Origin: Verrucomicrobiota bacterium
GTDB taxonomy: Bacteria; Verrucomicrobiota; Verrucomicrobiia; Verrucomicrobiales; DEV007
Length of the DNA: 37,275 nucleotides
Direction of reading: 5' to 3'
NCBI GenBank assembly: GCA_045046875.1
Contig: JASFYY010000142.1
Location: forward strand, 1 to 37,275
The notes under the pieces were generated by a model. That model made no database searches. It saw only the letters and a list, made by a program, of their open reading frames with translations, and was not told the origin of the DNA. A program made the translations under genes and the position numbers. Position 1 is the first letter of the stretch; the number at the start of each line of letters is the position of its first letter. Positions 8,646 to 16,862 of this stretch are shown one piece after another.

Positions 8646-8670
8646 TTCCGACGTAATATCCGCTATTGAT

Positions 8671-10263
8671 ATGAGTGAGCCAACAACTAAGCAAGTAAGC
8701 ATCTATGATACCACGCTGCGTGACGGTACGCAGGGGGAAGGCGTGTCTTTCAGTTCACTGGATAAACTTCGCATCGCAAAAAAACTCGATGAGTTCGGGG
8801 TGGATTATATCGAAGGCGGCTGGCCGGGTTCGAATCCGAAAGACGTTGAGTTTTTTCAAGAAGCCAGAAAACACCAGTGGCAGCACGCGCGCATTGCCGC
8901 TTTTGGCAGCACACGGCGTAAAAATGTGGCGGTGGAGGATGATCCGCAGGTGGCATTGTTGATCGAATCAGAGGCTCCGGTGGTGACCTATTTTGGCAAA
9001 AGCTGGAAGCTGCATGTGACGGAGATCCTGACCACGACGGTGGAGGAGAACCAGGCGATGATTCGCGATACCGCGGCTTATTTGAAAAAACACGGACGCG
9101 AGGTGATCTACGATGCCGAGCACTTTTTTGACGGTTACAAAGATGATCCGGAGCATGCTTTGGATACGTTGCGGGCCGCTAAGGAAGGTGGGGCGGGTAT
9201 GGTGGTATTGTGTGATACCAATGGCGGCACCATGCCGCACGAAGTGGAGAGCATTACGCGGGCGGTGGTAGAGAGTTTGCAAATGCCGGTGGGGATTCAT
9301 CCGCATGACGACTGTGGGGTGGGAGTGGCGAATGCTTTGGCGGGGGTTGCCGGTGGTTCGACCCAGGTGCAGGGGACGGTCAATGGTTTTGGTGAGCGCA
9401 CCGGGAACTGTAATTTGATTTCGGCGATTCCCAATTTGTCTTTGAAGCTGGGAATCGAGCTGAATGCTGATTTGTCCCGTTTGACAGAGGTGTCGCGTTT
9501 TGTCAATGACCTGGCTAATCATCCGCATTATCCACGGGCACCTTATGTAGGGGAAACGGCATTTGCCCACAAGGGCGGCATGCATGTGAATGCGGTGCAG
9601 AAGATCGCACGCAGTTTTGAGCATATCGTGCCAAAGACGGTGGGCAATCGCCAGCGGATCCTGGTGTCCGAGTTGTCGGGGCAGAGCAATGTTTTGATGA
9701 AAGCCGAGGAACTTGGGCTGCCTTTGGAAAAAGGCAGTGACGAGGTGAAGAACATTCTCGAGCAGTTAAAAACCCTGGAAAAGAAGGGTTATGAATTTGA
9801 AGCGGCAGAAGCGTCTTTCGAGTTGTTGATTCGTAAAGTGTTGGGGGATTGTGATCCTTATTTTCGCTTGCGGGAGTATCATTGCAGTTACCGCTACCAC
9901 ACTGCGGATGTGGGAGCTTATGAAACTTGTGAGGCCACGGTCAAACTTCGACTGGGAGAAGAGAGGGTTTACACGGTTGCCGAGGGGGACGGCCCGGTGA
10001 ATGCTCTGGACGCGGCTTTGCGCAAAGCTTTGAGCCCGGCATATCCGGAGATCGAAGAATTGTCGCTGCAGGATTTTAAAGTCCGTATCGTGGATAGCCA
10101 CATGGGCACCGCGGCAAAAACCCGGGTATTGGTGGTGAGTTCGGATGGCAAGGAAAGTTGGGGCACAGTGGGGGTTTCACATAATATTATCGAAGCGAGT
10201 TGGAAAGCTTTGGTTGATAGTATCGAAGTTTTTCTGATGCGACGGGGCGTGCAGCCGAGCTAG
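8671..10263 (+). CDS. cimA: Citramalate synthase (LeuA/CimA DRE-TIM family)
   Basis: YDTTLRDGTQGEG, YIEGGWPGSNPKD, YDAEHFFDG, GERTGNCNL, AFAHKGGMH and C-terminal regulatory GDGPVNALD...WGTVGVS. The GGWPGSNPKD and DAEHFFDG signatures match the bacterial CimA subfamily. Confidence 0.9.
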   Translation: MSEPTTKQVSIYDTTLRDGTQGEGVSFSSLDKLRIAKKLDEFGVDYIEGGWPGSNPKDVEFFQEARKHQWQHARIAAFGSTRRKNVAVEDDPQVALLIESEAPVVTYFGKSWKLHVTEILTTTVEENQAMIRDTAAYLKKHGREVIYDAEHFFDGYKDDPEHALDTLRAAKEGGAGMVVLCDTNGGTMPHEVESITRAVVESLQMPVGIHPHDDCGVGVANALAGVAGGSTQVQGTVNGFGERTGNCNLISAIPNLSLKLGIELNADLSRLTEVSRFVNDLANHPHYPRAPYVGETAFAHKGGMHVNAVQKIARSFEHIVPKTVGNRQRILVSELSGQSNVLMKAEELGLPLEKGSDEVKNILEQLKTLEKKGYEFEAAEASFELLIRKVLGDCDPYFRLREYHCSYRYHTADVGAYETCEATVKLRLGEERVYTVAEGDGPVNALDAALRKALSPAYPEIEELSLQDFKVRIVDSHMGTAAKTRVLVVSSDGKESWGTVGVSHNIIEASWKALVDSIEVFLMRRGVQPS

Positions 10264-10327
10264 TTGGTGGCAAATGTTGATGGTCCTGAGCTCGGAGAAC
10301 CGCGAAATAAGAAAAGAGGAGGGGAAT

Positions 10328-10351
10328 GTAGGGCGGGTGTCCCCACCCGCC
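10328..10351 (+). repeat. GTAG-type REP-like palindrome GTAG-GGCGGGTG-TCCC-CACCCGCC
   Basis: GTAG followed by a perfect 8-bp stem, between convergent genes. Confidence 0.7.
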
Positions 10352-10369
10352 GGGAGCGTTGAGGGTGGC

Positions 10370-10427
10370 GTTGGTTCGAGCGTGGTTAGAGCCGCGCGGA
10401 CAGATTTGGAAATCTATCCTACGGTGG
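10370..10427. repeat. 58-bp dispersed repeat, copy 1 (contains minus-strand REP-like GTAGGATAGATTTCCAAATCTGTCC)
   Basis: 55/58 identical to 15186-15243, same orientation. Confidence 0.9.
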
Positions 10428-10455
10428 AGGGAATGACGCGAGATGAACAATAAGG

Positions 10456-11268
10456 TTATAATGATCCGGGCTTTTTGACGTCTGCTCGTTGGCCTTCGAT
10501 TTCGTTGTGCTTGATGAAGGCTACCAGACTCCATATTTCTTCTTGTTTGAGGGTGGGGTAGAAACCGAGCATTGGAGTGCCGTCGAGGCCGCTTGCTATG
10601 GTGCGGTATAGGTCGGCAGGGGCATCACCGCTCTTGTGATGTTCGTTGGTTAAATCGGCGGGAGTGATCGGGTTTTTCCACACATCCATCAGGCCCTTGG
10701 AAGCCAGGCCATCACCTTTTCCTTTTGAACCGTGGCAGGAGGCACACATCACCGCAAATTTGGCAGCTCCCTGTTTTGAACGAGCGGTGAGTTGTTCGCC
10801 GTCATTAAACCAAGCTGGAGTTTTTGGCAATGGGATGGCTTCGGCATAATTTTTTTCATCTTTCCAGCGTTTCGACAGGCTTTGTAGATAGACGATCAGT
10901 CCGTTCACATCGGCATCGGTGAGTTTTTTGAAAAACGGCATCGCCGTGCCGGAAATCCCATTGCGGATGGTTCGACGCAGGTCATCATTAGTGGGAAGTT
11001 TCCCGTAGGGAGTGCTGCGAAATTTAAAAACCCCCACCCTGAAATCGCGAGGTTTAGCGCTTAAGTTTACCGCCCATGGGCCATTGCCCCGACCTGTTTT
11101 TCCATGGCAAGGGCTGCATTGACTGCGAAAAATATGCCGGCCTTTCATATAATAGTGCATGTCCTTGCGACGAGCTGAGTCTGTAGCTGAATCCGCCAAA
11201 CAAGATGTCACACCGCCGGAACCAAAGGAAAACGTGATCAGGGTAATCCCTATAAAAAGTTTTTTCAT
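10456..11268 (-). CDS. Secreted di-heme c-type cytochrome
   Basis: Signal peptide MKKLFIGITLITFSF; CSPCH and CASCH, each followed by a distal Met motif (GTAMP, GTPM). Start set at ATG 11268. Confidence 0.88.
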   Translation of the reverse strand: MKKLFIGITLITFSFGSGGVTSCLADSATDSARRKDMHYYMKGRHIFRSQCSPCHGKTGRGNGPWAVNLSAKPRDFRVGVFKFRSTPYGKLPTNDDLRRTIRNGISGTAMPFFKKLTDADVNGLIVYLQSLSKRWKDEKNYAEAIPLPKTPAWFNDGEQLTARSKQGAAKFAVMCASCHGSKGKGDGLASKGLMDVWKNPITPADLTNEHHKSGDAPADLYRTIASGLDGTPMLGFYPTLKQEEIWSLVAFIKHNEIEGQRADVKKPGSL

Positions 11269-11375
11269 TGTCACAAAACATGGTTCACTGCAACTGACTT
11301 TAAAAGGCTTTTCTGTTGTCAACAGCATGATAATGCCAGTTGTTTTTTTGGTGAAAGAGTGTTGTGTGATTTTGG

Positions 11376-13760
11376 ATGATGCCCCTTATTAATAATCAAA
11401 TTTCCAGGATTTTTCATGCTTTTGTGTTCGCGGTTTTTCTGTGCCATACGGCCGGAGTAGGTAAGGCTGCTGATGACAAAGACTTCACAGGAAAAGTGGA
11501 GCCTGTGCTCTCAAAATATTGTTACGATTGCCACGGGGATGGCTCGGACAAAGGCGACTTCGTGATGGATGATTACGATACGCTAGACGAGCATTTTGGT
11601 AATATGGGAATGTGGTATGATGTGTGGAAAAACCTACGCTCCAATTTGATGCCACCTGCGGATAAAAAGCAGCCTTCTGATGAGGATCGCGCAAAAATGC
11701 TGGCTTTCATCGAGCGAGCGGTTTTCGATATCGACCCGAACAATCCAGATCCTGGCCTAGTCACGATTCGACGACTGAATCGCGAAGAATACCGCCATAC
11801 CATTAAGGATCTGTTAGGCATCACTTTTGATGTGAATGATGCTTTTCCAGTGGATGATACCGGCTACGGCTTCGATACGATTGGTGCGGTGCTCAGCATT
11901 TCTCCTTTATTGATGGAGAAATACATGGATGCAGCAACGGATATCGTCGCCAAAGCGGTGCCTTTGAACGGCCCCGAGATTCCTACGAACTGGTTTGATG
12001 TGAAATCTTTTCAAGGCAAGGACAAACCTAATCATAAATTGAAATGGATCCCTTTGGAATCGAATTGGAAAATTGATGGAAAAAAATGGGTCAACCACGA
12101 TGGCGAATATCGAGTGCGAGTCGATTTTAAAATCACCGGTTCCGCTGCAGCCACCAATCAGTCGGGAACCTTGAAATTCGGTGTGGATGGAAAAGACATG
12201 GTCAGTCGCAAGGTCGGTTGGGACAATGCTAAATCTCTTTCTTTTCAAACCAACGTGAAGCTGAAAAAGGGCAATGCTCACTCTTTCTATATCGCGATGG
12301 AGCCGGGTGAGGCTCCCAATAAGGGCGAAAACAAAATAGCAGTTCAAATTCACAGTATTCGCATGATTGGACCGCTCGACGGCAGTGTGAAAGCGTATCC
12401 ACATGAGTTTCGTTATGTTTTTCCGGACAAATCTCCTCCGCAGCAAAACAAGGGAAAAGATATTTACCGGGAAAAGGTGCTGCGGCGTTTTGCAAGCAAA
12501 GCCTTCCGCCGTCCGGTTGATCAGGCGGTGCTTGATCGTTTGGTAAAACTGTCCCGCGACGTGGAGTCCCAGCCGGGTAAACGAATGGAACACGGAATCG
12601 CGCAGGCTCTGAAGGCGATTCTTTCTAGCCCGAGATTTTTGATGCGGGCGGAGATTCAGCCTGAGCCAAATGATTCGGGGAAGATTGTCACGCTCGACGA
12701 ATATGCTCTTGCCTCGCGGCTGTCGTATTTTTTGTGGAGCTCCTGTCCGGATGACGAATTGCTGCGGCTTGCTGGTGAAGGAAAGCTGAGGAAAAACATT
12801 CGCCAGCAGGTGGATCGAATGCTGAAGGACGTAAAGTCGGATCGTTTTGTGAAAAATTTTGTAGGTCAGTGGCTTCAAGCTCGTGATGTAGCTACCATTC
12901 ATATTGATGTCCGACGAGTGCTGAAGGAAAAAGATCTCGGCAAAGCATTGCGAAGCTTCAGCGTGCCTTTGCGCCAATCCATGCAGTATGAGACCGAGAA
13001 GTTTTTTGCTCATGTGATGAAAGAAAATCGACCCGCCACCGAGTTGCTCACTGCTAATTATACATTTTTAGACGAACGGCTTGCCAAGTGGTATGGCGTT
13101 GATGGTGTGAAAGGAGGTCACATGCGCAAGGTCGACCTACCTGCCTCTGCTGGTAGAGGCGGCTTGTTACGTCAGGGCACTTTTCTGGTGGTGACCTCCA
13201 ATCCCACTCGAACTTCACCTGTGAAGCGCGGGCTTTTTGTGCTGGAAAATCTGCTGGCGACTCCTGCTCCGCCAGCAGTTCCGGATGTGCCTCCGTTGGA
13301 GGATTCCCAGAAAGGGAAAAATAAGAACCTGCCGCTTAAAGAAATCCTGCGTCTTCATAGTCTCGACCCACTCTGCGCGTCCTGTCATGCAAAAATGGAT
13401 CCGATTGGCCTGGCATTGGAAAACTACAACCCTGTAGGTCTGTGGCGGGATAAATACCGTGGACAAGCGATAGAAACAGAAGGTCAGTTGATTACTGGCG
13501 AGAAATTTAAAAACGCGGAGGAACTTTCCCAGATTCTTGCTAAATCCCGCTACCGTGATTTTCATCGCGCCCTAACGGAAAAGCTGATGACTTATGGCAT
13601 CGGGCGGGGGATGGAGTATTATGACGCCCCATCGATCGATAAAATCGTAAAAAATATGGAGAACCGTGGCGCTAAACTCAAGGAAATCCTATATGGAATC
13701 GTCGAAAGTGCGCCCTTCCAAAAACGGCGTGGAGACGGTGACCTGTTTGATGGTAAATAA
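11376..13760 (+). CDS. Planctomycete-type cytochrome c / DUF1587-DUF1595-DUF1592-DUF1588-DUF1585 protein
   Basis: CYDCH...MPP, IRRLNREEY, FPVDDTGYGFD, LASRLSYFLWSSCPDDELL, TSPVKRG, CASCH and MDPIGLALENY motifs. Confidence 0.9.
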   Translation: MMPLINNQISRIFHAFVFAVFLCHTAGVGKAADDKDFTGKVEPVLSKYCYDCHGDGSDKGDFVMDDYDTLDEHFGNMGMWYDVWKNLRSNLMPPADKKQPSDEDRAKMLAFIERAVFDIDPNNPDPGLVTIRRLNREEYRHTIKDLLGITFDVNDAFPVDDTGYGFDTIGAVLSISPLLMEKYMDAATDIVAKAVPLNGPEIPTNWFDVKSFQGKDKPNHKLKWIPLESNWKIDGKKWVNHDGEYRVRVDFKITGSAAATNQSGTLKFGVDGKDMVSRKVGWDNAKSLSFQTNVKLKKGNAHSFYIAMEPGEAPNKGENKIAVQIHSIRMIGPLDGSVKAYPHEFRYVFPDKSPPQQNKGKDIYREKVLRRFASKAFRRPVDQAVLDRLVKLSRDVESQPGKRMEHGIAQALKAILSSPRFLMRAEIQPEPNDSGKIVTLDEYALASRLSYFLWSSCPDDELLRLAGEGKLRKNIRQQVDRMLKDVKSDRFVKNFVGQWLQARDVATIHIDVRRVLKEKDLGKALRSFSVPLRQSMQYETEKFFAHVMKENRPATELLTANYTFLDERLAKWYGVDGVKGGHMRKVDLPASAGRGGLLRQGTFLVVTSNPTRTSPVKRGLFVLENLLATPAPPAVPDVPPLEDSQKGKNKNLPLKEILRLHSLDPLCASCHAKMDPIGLALENYNPVGLWRDKYRGQAIETEGQLITGEKFKNAEELSQILAKSRYRDFHRALTEKLMTYGIGRGMEYYDAPSIDKIVKNMENRGAKLKEILYGIVESAPFQKRRGDGDLFDGK

Positions 13761-13778
13761 TCAACCCCCTACAAGCAA

Positions 13779-15134
13779 ATGATAAAAAAAATTAACCGAC
13801 GCCATTTTTTGCGCGGTCTGGGAGCCGGCATTGCACTGCCAGGTTTTGAGACCTTCCTGCCGGGAAAGGCGTCTGCTGCCGCTAGTGGTAAAGCCGTCAC
13901 AGCCTCGGGCATGCCTTTACGCGTGGCTTTTCTTTACAAACCGAATGGAGTCAATGTCGATAAATGGAAACCAAAGGGAACAGGTGTCGACTACCAGTTT
14001 AATGAGACGCAAAAACCTTTTGCGAAGTTCAAAAAAGATATTCATTTGATCAGTAAGCTGGAACACAAAAATGGCACCAGCGGTAGTGATGGCGGAGGTG
14101 ATCACGCACGTGCCAACGCTTCATTTCTGACTGGGGCTCGCCCTTTCAAAACGGCGGGAGCAGATATCAAACTCGGCATTTCCGTTGATCAGGTGGTGGC
14201 AAATGAGATTAGAGCACTGACCCGCTTTCCTTCTCTGGAAATGTCATGTGACGGTGTGCGGAAAAGCGGGGTGTGCGATTCAGGTTATTCCTGTGCTTAT
14301 CAGTTTAATCTTTCCTGGCGATCGGAGACTACGCCGATGACATCCGAGGCGAATCCGCGATTGGTATTCGAGCGCCTTTTTGGTGCCGGAACAAAAGGGG
14401 AGCGCGGCAAAAGTTTGAAATCACGAAGTGCGCAGCAACAATCGATTCTGGACTTTGTATTGGAAGATGCCAAACAAATGAGCCGTCAGCTCGGGCGCAA
14501 CGATCAGCAAAAACTCGATGAGTATCTCACCGGAGTCCGCGAGATCGAGCAGCGCATTGAGGCGATGGAAAAATTCGGGCTGCCCGCTGATCCTGGCATA
14601 GACACGCCAAAAGGAATCCCGTCCAGCTACGAAGATCACATCCGTCTGATGATGGACATGATGGTGCTTGCTTTTGAGACGGATTCCACCCGTGTGGCAT
14701 CTCTTTTGTTGGCTCATGACGGCAGCAATCGCAGCTTTCGTGAGATTGGGGTTCCCGATGGTCACCACACGGTTTCACATCATGGAAAAAAACCTGAATC
14801 ACTGATGAAGTTAGCTAAAATCGACTTGTTTTATTCACGCCAGCTAGCCTATTTTTTAGAGCAAGTTTCCAAAAAGAAAGACGCCGACGGCAGCACCTTG
14901 TTGCACAATTCGATGATTGTTTGGGGTGGTGGATTGGCTGACCCGGATCGCCACCGCCACAACGACCTGCCGATTGTGCTGGCCGGTAACGGAGGAGGAA
15001 CCCTCAAGCAGGGGCTTCACAGTGAATTGAGTCAGGACACACCCATGAGTAATCTTTTCCTCAGCATGATGGATCGCATGGGGGTTAAAGAAGAACGTTT
15101 CGGGGATTCTACGGGAAGGCTTGCAGTGGTTTGA
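13779..15134 (+). CDS. DUF1552 (HXXSHH) protein, Tat-exported
   Basis: Twin-arginine signal NRRHFLRG; CDSGYSCAY; NPRLVFERLFG; HHTVSHH; typical partner of DUF1592 proteins. Confidence 0.92.
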   Translation: MIKKINRRHFLRGLGAGIALPGFETFLPGKASAAASGKAVTASGMPLRVAFLYKPNGVNVDKWKPKGTGVDYQFNETQKPFAKFKKDIHLISKLEHKNGTSGSDGGGDHARANASFLTGARPFKTAGADIKLGISVDQVVANEIRALTRFPSLEMSCDGVRKSGVCDSGYSCAYQFNLSWRSETTPMTSEANPRLVFERLFGAGTKGERGKSLKSRSAQQQSILDFVLEDAKQMSRQLGRNDQQKLDEYLTGVREIEQRIEAMEKFGLPADPGIDTPKGIPSSYEDHIRLMMDMMVLAFETDSTRVASLLLAHDGSNRSFREIGVPDGHHTVSHHGKKPESLMKLAKIDLFYSRQLAYFLEQVSKKKDADGSTLLHNSMIVWGGGLADPDRHRHNDLPIVLAGNGGGTLKQGLHSELSQDTPMSNLFLSMMDRMGVKEERFGDSTGRLAVV

Positions 15135-15185
15135 GCTTAATTGCTGGATGGGGGTGGAAGTCGATTGAGGGGGAGGAAGGCAGAT

Positions 15186-15243
15186 GTTGGTTCGATCGTC
15201 GTTAGAGCCGCGCGGACAGATGTGGAAATCTATCCTACGGTGG
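15186..15243. repeat. 58-bp dispersed repeat, copy 2
   Basis: 55/58 identical to 10370-10427, same orientation. Confidence 0.9.
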
Positions 15244-15283
15244 GGGGGAATGGCAATTATTGCGTAGCTTTTAGGAGGGAAAG

Positions 15284-15769
15284 GTGGATACTGAAGACAT
15301 GAGGGAAATGATTTTTCGAGTTGGGATGGTGGCGCTGCTATCAGGTTTTTTGGTTTCTTGTTCGAGTTTGCGGGAAACGCCGGAAGTGATTGTTATTTTG
15401 CCAGAAGGTGAAAGTGCGGGAGATGTGGGCAAGATCAGTTTTGCTAGACAAATCAAACCTATTCTCGAGGGCAAGTGTTTGGCTTGCCATCACCCGAACT
15501 CCGAAGTGACGGATATCAGTTTTGCCAGTCGGGAGAGTATTTTGAAGGCGAGTAAAGAGCGCCCGATTCTGGTTCCGGGGGAGCCAGAGAAGAGCAGTTT
15601 GTTTTTAGTGACGGTATTGCCGGATTATTTTGTCGAAGCGATGCCCGCGTCGGGCCACAAGCTGACCGAGGAAGAAAAGTGGAATCTGTATCACTGGATT
15701 CAGCAAGGGGCGGACTGGCCCAAAAACAAGGCAGCTTTGAAAAGTTCAAAAGCGAAGAAGAAAGGCTGA
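15284..15769 (+). CDS. Lipoprotein with planctomycete cytochrome c domain
   Basis: Lipobox FLVSC; ISFARQIKPILEGKCLACH...PGEPEKSSL...MP...WIQQGADWP. Start uncertain (15284, 15299 or 15308). Confidence 0.85.
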   Translation: MDTEDMREMIFRVGMVALLSGFLVSCSSLRETPEVIVILPEGESAGDVGKISFARQIKPILEGKCLACHHPNSEVTDISFASRESILKASKERPILVPGEPEKSSLFLVTVLPDYFVEAMPASGHKLTEEEKWNLYHWIQQGADWPKNKAALKSSKAKKKG

Positions 15770-15791
15770 AAACAGCAAGCTTTTTGTCCGT

Positions 15792-16853
15792 TCAACTATC
15801 CTCATCAATCGTTTCATCCCGCTGGTAGATCGGTAGTTGGCGGTAGGGCACGCTGAAAGAAAGAACGATCATCGAGGTTCCGTAAATGGGGCTGATTTTG
15901 GCTGGCCAGGAGCCATTGGCGGCCTGGGTGGAGATGTAGTGGGGGTACATCCAGGCGGCGTATTTTTCCCAGTATTTTCCGCCGAGTTGGAACATCGCCT
16001 GGGCATTATAATAGTTAGCGTAAATTTCATGTCCACTGCCGATGATTTTTTGATGGCTTTGCAGGATGAAGTCACCAGCCCGGGAGGTCAATTCAGTGCC
16101 GTGGTATCCAGATAGTTCCAGACACAACAGGCCACAACCGGTGAGGGTATTGGATCCCGACGGGCCGGAATAACCGAAGCCGCCTGATTTTTTGTCATTG
16201 TTACGCAAGACGTATTCGATGGAGGACTTGATCGCGGCATCCGGGACGGGAGCTCCATTCAATTTAGCGGAGCGCAGCGCCATCAGAGCCCATCCGCTGC
16301 AGGAGAGATCGGAATCACGGGAATCCGGTTTGTAACGCCAACCGCCCTGGTGTTGCTTGGATTTTTTAACCGCCTGGGAAGAGAGGATCAAACGAGTGGC
16401 CCTGGAGAGCACCTGATCGAGTTTATCCTGGGTTTGCGGATCGACCATGCCCGAACATTCGGAGAGAAAGAGGGTGCTGATATTATGCGCATACATCACG
16501 CCGTTACCGGAACGGCCTTTGTTGAGCAGCCCGTTGGATTGCTGGCTGCCGAGGATGTATTGGATGCAAAGGTCGAGATTTTTTGAGTAGATGCCTTGCC
16601 CCGGAGTGTGGCCTTTAGATAAAAAAGCCATGCCCGCCAGAGCGACGATGCCGGTGGATTGGCCGTAACCGCTACCAAAAGATCCGTCGGGTTGTTGATT
16701 GCTGGCCAGGTATCCCAGACCTTTTTGCACGGCCCGTTCAGCGGCTTCCTTGTGTTTGAGAAAAACGGAGTTGGACAGGGATTGCGCCGCGAGGGGCAGG
16801 GTTTGCAGGAAAACTCCCGCGATCAATAAAATGGTGATGATGGGAGCTTTCAT
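15792..16853 (-). CDS. Secreted prenyltransferase/squalene-cyclase-repeat (alpha/alpha toroid) protein
   Basis: Signal peptide; QW-like repeats QQPDGSF, QQSNGLL, QGGWRY and QAANGSW; last gene of the MoxR operon. Confidence 0.85.
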   Translation of the reverse strand: MKAPIITILLIAGVFLQTLPLAAQSLSNSVFLKHKEAAERAVQKGLGYLASNQQPDGSFGSGYGQSTGIVALAGMAFLSKGHTPGQGIYSKNLDLCIQYILGSQQSNGLLNKGRSGNGVMYAHNISTLFLSECSGMVDPQTQDKLDQVLSRATRLILSSQAVKKSKQHQGGWRYKPDSRDSDLSCSGWALMALRSAKLNGAPVPDAAIKSSIEYVLRNNDKKSGGFGYSGPSGSNTLTGCGLLCLELSGYHGTELTSRAGDFILQSHQKIIGSGHEIYANYYNAQAMFQLGGKYWEKYAAWMYPHYISTQAANGSWPAKISPIYGTSMIVLSFSVPYRQLPIYQRDETIDEDS

Positions 16854-16862
16854 GGCATCTGT

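Noticed and set aside
11907..13013. 368-aa antisense ORF
   Set aside because: Lies wholly opposite the well-supported DUF1592 gene and has no recognisable motifs; a shadow ORF.
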